A stretch of 64,000 nt of DNA, taken from contig JACPFF010000006.1 of NCBI GenBank assembly GCA_016183065.1, positions 107,578 through 171,577 of the forward strand. Reading direction: 5' to 3'. The stretch's first letter is position 1; each line of letters opens with the position of its first letter. The stretch comes from Deltaproteobacteria bacterium (lineage in GTDB: Bacteria > UBA10199 > GCA-002796325 > JACPFF01). Below the pieces are notes generated by a model. That model had not been told where the DNA came from and ran no database searches. It was given only the letters and a program-made list of their open reading frames with translations. This document shows, in pieces, positions 47,999-57,062 of this stretch. Both the position numbers and the translations under genes were made by a program.

Positions 47999-48568
47999 GT
48001 GCGAAAGCGGCGGGTGCGCGCGGGCGGTCTCTTCTGGTTGGTACTCGTGGGGTTGGTCGGCTGTAAGGGGCCGTCACTCACCTTGGAAGAGGCCGGACTG
48101 ACGGGACCGACGCAGGTTTCTGTCGGCCAAAAAGCGGAGTATCAGTTCATCGTCAAACCGTCGGGGGAGTCTTTCTGCGCCTATTCGACGTTGTTGTATG
48201 TCTACGAAGATCACCCCCCATGTCCACCCGCTCCCCTCTCGAACGCCACCGGAGGGGATTTTTCCACCAATTTTACGCACCAAGTAGCACTCTCCGCCAA
48301 ACCGGCAGGGAGTACGGCGGTGGTCGCGTCGCAATTTGTTGAAGCGTACGACGAGTCGACGAACGCCGGCACCTTGCAAATCACATTCGCGTTCACACCG
48401 GACGTGCCGGGGACCTACACGTTCACCATCACGGCCGGAGGCACCCTGGACGATGACGGTCAAACCATCCAAGCCACACTGACAAAACAACTGACCGTGG
48501 TTGCAACGGCCGCTGCCCCATCGTCATATAGTATTTCAACGTTTAATGAGTACAAATGTGCTCATTAA
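47999..48568 (+). CDS. putative lipoprotein, beta-sandwich-like, unknown function
   Basis: ORF 47903..48568. An in-frame GTG at 47999 gives the signal VRKRRVRAGGLFWLVLVGLVGC with lipobox LVGC. Start not certain because the RBS is weak. Confidence 0.55.
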   Translation: MRKRRVRAGGLFWLVLVGLVGCKGPSLTLEEAGLTGPTQVSVGQKAEYQFIVKPSGESFCAYSTLLYVYEDHPPCPPAPLSNATGGDFSTNFTHQVALSAKPAGSTAVVASQFVEAYDESTNAGTLQITFAFTPDVPGTYTFTITAGGTLDDDGQTIQATLTKQLTVVATAAAPSSYSISTFNEYKCAH

Positions 48569-48573
48569 ACGTT
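48538..48573. other. perfect 13-bp AT-rich inverted repeat spanning the lipoprotein stop codon
   Basis: AACGTTTAATGAG (48538-48550), a 10-nt loop, then CTCATTAAACGTT (48561-48573). The stop TAA at 48566-48568 lies in the right arm. No T-tract follows. Confidence 0.6.
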
Positions 48574-49230
48574 AGAAATACTTATGGTACCGTAAGACGC
48601 ATGTGCTCAGGAAAAGTTAACGCACCATAAAGCCCCTGAAAGCGCTTTCCGTGGACCTCACCGCTCGTCAGTGTCCGACGGATGGTGTAAAGTGTTTGCC
48701 TCACGCAACTTCTGCCGTTGTCTGCCGACAAGGTGTGGGAGAGAAACCATGCACGGAAAACGACCAGACGCCCATCACCGCATACGACATTGCGTTTGCG
48801 CGCCACGCAACCGCTCCCGGTGCTCATACGACAGATGGCCCCGGTGACAACCTCTGCGGGACGCTATTCACTCGCTGTAGAGCGCGTTGCCCGCGCTGGT
48901 GTTGGGGTAGCAATGCCCCGAAAGTCCACCGACGCCGGTGCAAGATCTGGGAAATGATGAATGCGAAAGCCGCGGCGCGGTCGACGAATCTCACCGAGCA
49001 CCTCTGGGGACGCTCCACGAAAGACGATCCGCAAATCAGGGATCATATCATGTCCCGTCCCCGATCGGGACAACACATCAACCACGGCCAATTCGCCTTG
49101 CGCGCCTTGCCGCATCTCTCGGAGACAATCGCATCGAAGACATGGGACTGCCCGGTCCGCCACGCGCGGCGCAACACTTCTTCGGACACGGTCCTACGTG
49201 GGGTATCGATACCCCAACCACATTTGATGA

Positions 49231-49430
49231 CTATTCGCGCCTTCCAAAGGGGGCGAGCAAGCCGCACCCCCCGCCCGGACTCGGTCGTCGCCACCCCCCT
49301 CCAGCGGCAAAGCCGGGTCAAGGACCAGTTGTGCTGGGCCGCGAAGCACAGTCGAAGACTTTGAGGAGTGTAATAGAACCTCCCCCTTGAGCGCCTCGGT
49401 GCGGCTGGGGCGTGCGGGCCCTGGATGACG
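49231..49430 (+). repeat. GC-rich mosaic intergenic repeat, copy 6 (variant-B left arm + 63-nt module)
   Basis: CCCGGACTCGGTCGTCGCCAC linker, CTCCAGCGGCAAAGCC, then the module at 49315-49377, then CGGTGCGGCTGGGG. Confidence 0.8.
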
Positions 49431-49548
49431 CGGGGTTTACAACTAGGATATCACACTGTCGTGGCGTTTGCCTCGCGACATGTAGTTGCGAGTGTCCCGC
49501 TTTTTCTCGATTGTCACACCCTATGATCTACGCTATGTTTTCATCTTT

Positions 49549-50004
49549 ATGATATTTCAGAAGAAATATTATATTGATACCACGGAGGGGGTCGACTGTG
49601 TTGCCGTGACCCACGAGGTCCACTATGCCATCCGTGATGCGGTGGCAGATCTCGGGATGGTCACGGTCCTCATCCCCCATGCGGGTGCCGGAGTCCTGAC
49701 AGGGGAATCCCTCCCGGAAGTCCTGGCGGCACTGCGACAGGTGGTGGCACAGTGGTCTGCTGGCGGTGAGGCCGAGGTCCGCGATGCCAAACAACGATCC
49801 GTCACCGTGGCCGCAAGTCTCGCCGGAATGCTGATTGGACGGAGCTGCACCATCCCCTTTGCCCAAGGGCGTCTCCTCTTGGATCCCTACAGCGATCTCC
49901 TGGTCTGCGACTTCACGTCGAAGGCCCAGCGGCGGGAATTCGTGGTCCATGTGCAGAGTGTCCCGCCGCCAGCGGCCAAAACACCGCCACCCGAGGAACC
50001 ATGA
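49549..50004 (+). CDS. YjbQ/UPF0047-like protein
   Basis: Start MIFQKKYYIDTTEG. VTVLIPHAGAGVLTGE and the later TIPFAQGRLLL loosely match YjbQ family blocks. Confidence 0.55.
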   Translation: MIFQKKYYIDTTEGVDCVAVTHEVHYAIRDAVADLGMVTVLIPHAGAGVLTGESLPEVLAALRQVVAQWSAGGEAEVRDAKQRSVTVAASLAGMLIGRSCTIPFAQGRLLLDPYSDLLVCDFTSKAQRREFVVHVQSVPPPAAKTPPPEEP

Positions 50005-52370
50005 GACACGTCTCCTCCCTTCAGATTCGCGTGAGAGAATGGGCGCACCGGCTGGGGGTCCTCCGCGCGGTGCATTGGTGGCCCATGGTGGTGTCCGTTC
50101 TCGGTTTGACGTGGTTGATCGGTTTTTCCATTGGAGAGATCCCGGACGAAATTGCCGTTGGGATGGTGGCCCCGTACGATATCCGTGCCGACCGGCAATA
50201 TGCTGTTGTCGATGAGGCGGCCACAGAAGAACGCCGGATTGAGGCCCTCCAGCAGGCCCGACCCGTGTATGACTACGATACGGAAGCCGCGGTGATGCAG
50301 ATCACCCATCTCTCCGAGGCCTTCACCAATGCGAGGTTGGCATGGGCGGGGGCGCAGGCGAGTGCGGGGGGAGAGGAGAGCACGGAATGGCTTGCCAACC
50401 TCCGGCGTCGTTTTGAAGAACAACTCGGACAACGGGTCTCCGATGCCCAGTGGGAGGCCTTTGTGGCCCTCCAGTGGGGATATGAAGTGGAGCGGGCCAT
50501 CACGGCGGTCATCGAGCAGCTGACAGCGGGACCCGTGGTGGCCAATGTGGAACCCTTGCAGCAGGAGCGCGAGCACGGCATCCTCCTGCGCACGGTGACC
50601 GTGGTCGACGGCAAGCGGCAGATGGCGGAAGAGACCATTCAGGGTGCGGCGCTCGATCGTTTCACAGGAGTCGATCCACTCCGAACAGAGATGAAGATGG
50701 AGGGACTCGGTCGGCAGTCAAAACCGATCCGGGAATTTGTCGCCTCCCTCTTGCAGCCCAACTGTTCCATCAATTTGTTGGAGACCGAGGCCCGCCGGAG
50801 CAAGATTGTCCAATCCATCTCCCTCGTGACGGAAACGGTGAAGGCCGGCGAGATGATCGTCCGACGCTACGAACCCTACACCGAACATCAGGTCCACCTC
50901 CTCCGTTCCATTCAGGCCCAAAAGGAGGCGGGCCGATGGCCCATACGGTCGATGGGACATCTCCTCTATATCGCGCTCGTTCTTTTGTTACTCCATCATT
51001 TTGGGAGCTTGCACCTTCATGCCTATCGACCCGTGCGCCGCGATCTCGTGTTTCTCGGGGCCTTCTTGCTCGTCGCGGTCCTGATCCTCCGCGCGGGAGG
51101 CTTGCTGAGCGAGGCCTTGGCCACCGGGCTTCCGCTCGCCATTCCCCGCGGGGCCTATTACTACCTCATCCCGCTCGCCACAGGGGGGATGATGGTCCGG
51201 TTTCTCCTCAATGCGGAGATCGCCGTGATGGTGTCGCTTGCCATTGCGGCCTTTGCCGGCATCCTGTTTTCGCATGATTCCAGTTTTACGGCCTATGTCT
51301 TCCTGGTCAATATCGCGGGCGCCGCCACCATGGGGCATGTGGACAAGCGCTCATCGATGATTCGGGCCGGAGGGATGACGGGAGCGGTGGCCATTGTGGC
51401 GGTCGCGGCCATCCATCTCATGCGCGCAGGGACCCTCGGTGAGCCGCTCTCGGTGCACACGCTGGTCTGGCACATGGTCTTGGCCTTTGGCGGGGCGGTC
51501 TTTTCCGCGTTTGTGGTCATGGCATTGACCCCCGCGGCGGAGACGCTCTTTGACTACACGAGCGATATCAAATTACTGGAGCTCGCCAATCTCAATCATC
51601 CCCTCTTGCGTGAGCTCGTGATCCGGGCGCCGGGGACCTATCATCATTCACATTTGGTCGGCATTTTGGCGGAGGCCGGGGCGGCGGTGATTGGAGCGCA
51701 TGCGCTCCTCGCGCGGGTCAGTGCCTATTACCATGATATAGGAAAAATCCGGAAGTCGATGTACTTTACCGAAAACCAGAAGGGGATATCGCCGCACGAT
51801 CGACTCAGTCCGCATATGTCGGCATTGATTATTGCATCACATGTCAAAGAGGGGATCGAGTTGGCCAGGACGTACAAACTGCCCCGCGTCATTATCGACA
51901 TGATTCCGCAGCACCATGGGACGAAACGGATCGGCTATTTCTATGAGCGTGCCAAGGAATTGGCCGATCCGGCGTTGGAAATCATTGATGAAAAGGCCTT
52001 CCGGTATGCGGGCCCAAAACCCCAGACCCGTGAGGCGGGTTTATTGCTTCTGGCCGACGGGATTGAGGGGGCGGTGCGGGCATTGAAAGAAAAGACGCCG
52101 ATTCGTATCCAGCAGACGGTACAGAGTATGCTCAATAAGAGTTTTGCGGAAGGCCAGCTCGACGAATGCGAACTGACACTCCAGAATCTCCACGACATCG
52201 GCAAGTCATTTTCCCGCATTCTGCTGGGGATCTATCATCAGCGGGTCGAATATCCACGGGAAGTGATGCAACTCAAGGACACAGATATTTCGGTGGTCGA
52301 TCCGCAGGAGTCTGATGAAACCCTTGAAGATCCAAATCCACCCCGCGCTCCACATGCGCGCTCCACGTAA
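50001..52370 (+). CDS. 7TM receptor with intracellular HD/HDIG phosphohydrolase domain (PgpH/YqfF-like)
   Basis: 789 aa. Extracellular N-domain, multi-TM block, then GTYHHSHLVG...YYHDIGK HD-domain motifs. Confidence 0.8.
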   Translation: MRHVSSLQIRVREWAHRLGVLRAVHWWPMVVSVLGLTWLIGFSIGEIPDEIAVGMVAPYDIRADRQYAVVDEAATEERRIEALQQARPVYDYDTEAAVMQITHLSEAFTNARLAWAGAQASAGGEESTEWLANLRRRFEEQLGQRVSDAQWEAFVALQWGYEVERAITAVIEQLTAGPVVANVEPLQQEREHGILLRTVTVVDGKRQMAEETIQGAALDRFTGVDPLRTEMKMEGLGRQSKPIREFVASLLQPNCSINLLETEARRSKIVQSISLVTETVKAGEMIVRRYEPYTEHQVHLLRSIQAQKEAGRWPIRSMGHLLYIALVLLLLHHFGSLHLHAYRPVRRDLVFLGAFLLVAVLILRAGGLLSEALATGLPLAIPRGAYYYLIPLATGGMMVRFLLNAEIAVMVSLAIAAFAGILFSHDSSFTAYVFLVNIAGAATMGHVDKRSSMIRAGGMTGAVAIVAVAAIHLMRAGTLGEPLSVHTLVWHMVLAFGGAVFSAFVVMALTPAAETLFDYTSDIKLLELANLNHPLLRELVIRAPGTYHHSHLVGILAEAGAAVIGAHALLARVSAYYHDIGKIRKSMYFTENQKGISPHDRLSPHMSALIIASHVKEGIELARTYKLPRVIIDMIPQHHGTKRIGYFYERAKELADPALEIIDEKAFRYAGPKPQTREAGLLLLADGIEGAVRALKEKTPIRIQQTVQSMLNKSFAEGQLDECELTLQNLHDIGKSFSRILLGIYHQRVEYPREVMQLKDTDISVVDPQESDETLEDPNPPRAPHARST

Positions 52371-52770
52371 GCTGTCGTGGCAACTCCAGCGGGCATGGCG
52401 CTCGCTCGATGGCCGTGCCGTGGATCTCACGCTCCGGTTGACGACGGATGAGGAGATGACGGTGCTGAACGGCCGATTCCGCCACCAATGGCGCGTGACC
52501 GATGTGCTGACATTTCCCTATAGCACAGTGGGAGTCCTCTGCGCTGGCGATATCGTGATTGCCGTCCGTCGGGCAGGGCGCCAGGCCAGAGAGCGGAAGA
52601 CCCCACTGGCCACGGAGCTCCTCCGGTTGGCGGTCCACGGACTGGCCCATCTGGCGGGACATGACCATCATACCGCAAAGACCTTTGTGGCGATGCGTCA
52701 GGGAGAATGCCGGGCGTTGCTTGCGGCCTTGATGACGGAGGCTCGAAAAAAGTGCCTCGCCAGCTCCTGA
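52315..52770 (+). CDS. ybeY: rRNA maturation endoribonuclease YbeY
   Basis: HGLAHLAGHDH zinc motif and TDVLTFPY. Overlaps the preceding gene by 56 nt. Confidence 0.8.
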   Translation: MKPLKIQIHPALHMRAPRKLSWQLQRAWRSLDGRAVDLTLRLTTDEEMTVLNGRFRHQWRVTDVLTFPYSTVGVLCAGDIVIAVRRAGRQARERKTPLATELLRLAVHGLAHLAGHDHHTAKTFVAMRQGECRALLAALMTEARKKCLASS

Positions 52771-52776
52771 AGTAAA

Positions 52777-52804
52777 TTGACATTTCTGTTTCCCTCAATA
52801 GAAT
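52777..52804 (+). promoter_or_regulatory. candidate sigma70 promoter for the OmpA-family gene
   Basis: TTGACA (52777-52782), a 16-nt spacer, TAGAAT (52799-52804). A second AATTGACAT box lies at 52818-52826. Confidence 0.4.
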
Positions 52805-52854
52805 GCCCACCAGCATTCAATTGACATGACAGCGACAACGGCGAAGGGGGCGGT

Positions 52855-54177
52855 ATGCGCGGATTACACGGCGGGTGGAAATGGGTTGCAGCGGTGGTGA
52901 TGTCGGCCATCGGGATCTCGGCTGCGCATGCGCTGGATAAACGGCCGGATATGTCGCTCCTCGATCCCACCACCGACGGGGGTCGATACATGAGCGTGCA
53001 CGACGCCGAGACCTTTTTACAGGGTCGTTGGAGCGTCGGTTTTTATCTCGATTATGCCCGCAAGCCGCTCGAACTGCGCAATCTGACCACCAATCAGCGG
53101 TTCGATATCGTCCGCGACGCCCTGAACGTTCATTTCACCGGTGCCTATGGCATTACCGACTGGGTGAGTGTCGGGGCCGCGGTCCCGGTGACCCTGTGGC
53201 AGGTCTTTTTTGATCCGAACCAGCAGCGCATTACGCTCGGCAATGCCCCGAAACAGCAAAAGGCGGGGCTGGGGGATATTCGTCTGGAGTCGAAGTTCCG
53301 ACTCCTCGATATTGAACGATACAACATTGGCGTGGCGGTCATTCCGCACATGATCTTTCCTTCGGGGCGCAAGGGGACATTCATCAGCGGGGAACGGTGG
53401 ACCCCTGGCGTGAAGTTCGCCGTGGAAGGGAATGTCCGGGATAAATTTTTTGTTGGCGGGAATATTGGCTATCAATATGTGAACAAGTCGAACCAGTTTT
53501 TTGCCGGGAATCCCAATGCGATCATCAACGATCTCATTACCCTCGGACTCGGCGCGCGCGTCCAGGTGACCGATGAGTGGGCGATTCTCGGAGAGGTCCT
53601 CTCGGAAACCCTGGCGAAGAGTTTCTATAAGCACGCCACACAGAGCCCCACGGAAATCCTCGGTGGTGTCCAATATGCGCCGCAACGTGGGGCCGCGCGC
53701 GGACTGGCCATGACCCTGATGGGTGGTGGCGGTATCACCCGTGGTGTGGGCGCGCCCCAGGCCCACGTCATTCTCGGCGTGACCTATCCGACGCCGAAGA
53801 TTGTCAAGGAGTATGAACCAAAGGTGCAGGTGCAAGAGAAGATCGTGATTACGCAGAAGATCCACTTTGCCTTTGACTCGGCAGTCATTCGACCGATTTC
53901 GTATCCCATTCTGGACGATGTGGCACAGATTCTCCGGACAAATGCCCACATTGCCCATGTCCAGGTTGAGGGACATACCGACTTTATCGGAGGCGACGAA
54001 TACAATCTGTCGCTGTCGCGACGGCGGGCGGCGTCGGTCGTCGACTATCTGGTCAAGGCCGGCATTGAGCGGCACCGGTTGGAACCCGTCGGTTATGGCG
54101 AGTCTCGTCCCATCGCTGATAATCGGACCGATGAAGGTCGGGCAAGAAATCGGCGGACGGAATTCACCATCCAGTAG
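52855..54177 (+). CDS. OmpA-family outer-membrane protein (N-terminal beta-barrel + C-terminal OmpA domain)
   Basis: Signal peptide, beta-rich N-domain and a C-terminal OmpA_C sequence (FAFDSAVI...NLSLSRRRAASV...NRRTEFTI). Confidence 0.85.
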   Translation: MRGLHGGWKWVAAVVMSAIGISAAHALDKRPDMSLLDPTTDGGRYMSVHDAETFLQGRWSVGFYLDYARKPLELRNLTTNQRFDIVRDALNVHFTGAYGITDWVSVGAAVPVTLWQVFFDPNQQRITLGNAPKQQKAGLGDIRLESKFRLLDIERYNIGVAVIPHMIFPSGRKGTFISGERWTPGVKFAVEGNVRDKFFVGGNIGYQYVNKSNQFFAGNPNAIINDLITLGLGARVQVTDEWAILGEVLSETLAKSFYKHATQSPTEILGGVQYAPQRGAARGLAMTLMGGGGITRGVGAPQAHVILGVTYPTPKIVKEYEPKVQVQEKIVITQKIHFAFDSAVIRPISYPILDDVAQILRTNAHIAHVQVEGHTDFIGGDEYNLSLSRRRAASVVDYLVKAGIERHRLEPVGYGESRPIADNRTDEGRARNRRTEFTIQ

Positions 54178-54190
54178 TACAGCGACGATT

Positions 54191-56250
54191 ATGCCACCAG
54201 CCGTTGCGGCATCACCTGAAGAGACGCTCGTTCAATATGTCAAGGGGGTCGGTCCGCGACTTGGCAATCTGCTCAAAAAATTGGGCATTGTCACGGTTGC
54301 CGATCTCCTCTGGCATCTGCCAGCCCGGTATCTCGATTTTCGTGCCATCAGCCGTACCGGGATGCTCAGGCCAGGACAACATCAGATCGTCATCGGGACC
54401 ATTGTCACCGGGGGGATCGGCGTTCTGGGACGTCGCCGGCGGCGCATCTTCGAGATGATCGTGGATGATGGTTCGGGTCCGATCGCGGCAAAATGGTTTC
54501 ATTTTCATCAGGCCTATCTCAAGGCCTTCTGTGTGCCGGGGAGCACGGTCATGTTGAGCGGCGATGTCTCCGAGTTTGCGGGCGTGCCGCAATTTGTCCA
54601 TCCAGAGATCGAGGTGTGGGATGAAGAACGTGCGCCGACCTCGGCTGCACGCTTGGTCGCGCTCTATCCCGCGACCGAAGGGGTGACACAACGGACGCTG
54701 CGTCGCGTGATGCATAACGCGCTGGCGCAATATGGTGCCGCGTTGGCGACCATTCTCCCCGCGGCGCTGTTGCACGCGCATCAACTCCTTCCCCGCGCAG
54801 CAGCGGTACAGATCGTGCATGATCCACCGCCGGAGACCGATCTGGAGGCCCTCCAGGCGCGGCGCAGTGCCGCCCATCGGACGCTCATTTTTGAAGAGGT
54901 CTTTCTCCTCGAATTGGGGCTCGCCGTGCGGCGGGCCATGACCGCGCGCGAGCTGGGCATTGCGTTTGCGCACGATCACGGAGCGGTTGTCCGTTTGCGC
55001 GCGGCACTCCCCTTTGCCCTGACTGAGGCGCAGGATCGGGTCGTGTGCGATGTCATTCGTGACATGGCGCGTCCGACACCGATGCGGCGGATGGTCCAGG
55101 GCGATGTGGGGAGCGGGAAGACAGTCATTGCCGCCATGGCGGCTGCACAGGCGATCATGGCCGGGTATCAAGTGGCCGTGATGGCGCCTACGGAGATCCT
55201 GGCCGAGCAACATTTTGCCACGATGACGCCCTGGTTTTCCGCCCTCGGCATCCCGTTGGGATTCCTCAGTGGTGGCGTGCGTAGCGCAGACCGTCGCACG
55301 ATGCTTCGACAACTCGCACAGGGAGAATTGCCGCTGGTGGTGGGTACCCATGCCCTGCTTGAAGCCGATGTCCACTTTCGACAATTGGGACTGGTGGTCG
55401 TCGATGAACAGCACCGCTTTGGGGTCGAACAACGGTTGGCATTACGCCATAAAGGGACGGAGTGCCCGGATATGTTGATTTTGACCGCAACTCCCATTCC
55501 ACGCACACTGGCCATGACGGCGTATGGGGATCTCGATCTCTCGGTCATTGATATGATGCCACCCGGTCGGAAACCGGTCGTGACCAAGCACTACCGCGAA
55601 TCGCAACGAGACCAGTTGTATGCCGGGATGCGGAAAGAACTCTCGCGGGGGCACCAGATCTATGGCGTCTATCCCCTCGTGGCCGAGAGTGAAAAAGTGG
55701 ATCTGAAGAATGCGACGGATATGGCGTGCCATCTGGCGGGCGTCTTTGGTCCCACCTATCCGGTAGCCCTCCTCCATGGTCAGATGCCGGGACGCGAGAA
55801 AGAGGCCATCATGCGACGGTTTGTCACGGGCGACGTAAAAATTCTGGTGACCACGTCGGTCGTGGAAGTCGGGGTCGATGTGCCGAACGCCTCCGTCATG
55901 GTGATCGAACATGCCGATCGTTTCGGGCTGGCACAATTGCATCAATTACGCGGACGGGTGGGGCGGGGCTGCAGCGTATCCGGCTCATGACCGAGACCCA
56001 CGACGGATTTCGCCTGGCCGAGGAAGACCTCAAGATGCGCGGTCCCGGCGAGTTCATGGGGACGCGACAGTCCGGGCTGCCGGAGCTCCGCATCGCGCGT
56101 CTGGGCGAAGATGCCCCGATCATTGCCGAGGCCCGTCAGGCGGCCTTTGCCCTCATTGACGAAGATGCCCGTCTGACCCGTCATCCAGCCCTTCGGCAAG
56201 CGGTGCTGGCGCGGTGGGGGCACAAGTTGCAACTGTCGCTCATTGGGTGA
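54191..56250 (+). pseudogene. recG: ATP-dependent DNA helicase RecG, interrupted after motif VI (frameshift plus missing segment near 55967-55990)
   Basis: Frame A (start MPPAVAASPEETLVQYVKGVGPRL at 54191) carries the wedge and helicase motifs up to QLRGRVGRG, then stops after CSVSGS at 55990. The conserved RecG C-terminus (RLMTETHDGFRLAEEDLKMRGPGEFMGTRQSG...) continues in another frame from about 55969 to 56250. Confidence 0.7.
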
Positions 56251-56301
56251 AGGTTCTCCGCCGCAACAGCGGGGCAATGCGATGTCGATAATAGATTGAG
56301 C

Positions 56302-56444
56302 GGGGGACGTGGGCCCCACGTCCCAGCCGCACCGCGGCGTTGAGGGCGACGACCGAGTCCGGGCACCCAGCGCGCCCCGCGCGCGAGAGGGGGGGACCCA
56401 ACGGGCTTTGCCCGTTGGGGGGGCGACGTGAGCCCCTCCAATAG
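56302..56444 (-). repeat. GC-rich mosaic intergenic repeat, copy 7 (core unit + linker + terminal hairpin, reverse orientation)
   Basis: Reverse complement equals the core unit with hairpin CCCAACGGGCAAAGCCCGTTGGG (56397-56419), then CCCGGACTCGGTCGTCGCC and GGGACGTGGggcCCACGTCCC (56304-56324). Confidence 0.85.
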
Positions 56445-56480
56445 TGTCGCTACATGATGACACCACGTGAGGCATCTGGT

Positions 56481-57062
56481 ATGCTGAAATATGTGAAGAC
56501 ATGGACACGCATCTCCCTGATTGTTCTGCTTGGCTGGTCCGCTGGGGCCCATTCGGTCCATGCCACTTCGCTCCTCCCGGCACCCGCTGATCGCCTGGTC
56601 CGCGACGCTGACATCATCCTGATTGGCGAGTGCGCCAAGGTCACGAGCGTCCCCTATACCTCACCATTGGGATTTTCGCGGCAGATCGATACCTGGACCT
56701 TTCATCTGCAGGACGTCTTGAAAGGGGATCTCACCCCCGGCGATTTTTCCTGGAAGCAGATGGGCGATCGCTACGAGATCGGCAAGAGCTATCTCCTCTT
56801 TCTCTCACGGCTGCACGATGTCCACGACCTGATGTCGCCGGTGGGGAAGATGCAGGGGAGTTTTGAAGTCCGGGCCGACGGATCTGTCGTGAATCGGCTC
56901 GGCAACCAATTTTTACTCCAGGGCATTGAAGAACGGGTGCCACCAGCGCAGGCCGGGGTGGCCAAAGGGATCCGCGTGGAAATGGATCAGCGCCAGGGGG
57001 CGATCTCACTTGAGAGCATGAAGGCACTGATCCGTTCGCTGAAGGATCGTGTGACACCATGA
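56481..57062 (+). CDS. secreted hypothetical protein (193 aa), co-transcribed with the metalloprotease
   Basis: Start MLKYVKTWTRISLIVLLGWSAGAHSVHA (signal peptide). ATGA overlap with the next gene. Confidence 0.6.
   Translation: MLKYVKTWTRISLIVLLGWSAGAHSVHATSLLPAPADRLVRDADIILIGECAKVTSVPYTSPLGFSRQIDTWTFHLQDVLKGDLTPGDFSWKQMGDRYEIGKSYLLFLSRLHDVHDLMSPVGKMQGSFEVRADGSVVNRLGNQFLLQGIEERVPPAQAGVAKGIRVEMDQRQGAISLESMKALIRSLKDRVTP

Noticed and set aside
48651-49364. 237-aa plus-strand ORF in the gene-poor interval
   Set aside because: The composition (Arg/Cys/His/Thr-rich) is not protein-like, there is no RBS, and the 3' part runs into repeat copy 6. It is kept only as part of the unassigned-interval finding.
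53867-54190. N-terminal extension of the recG ORF
   Set aside because: It overlaps the 3' end of the OmpA-family gene. The conserved RecG N-terminus starts at the Met at 54191.
13442-56444. Whether the dispersed repeats could be a CRISPR array or its remnants
   Set aside because: Copies are 3-18 kb apart, in both orientations, of variable composition, and have no regularly spaced unique spacers. No cas genes are in the window.
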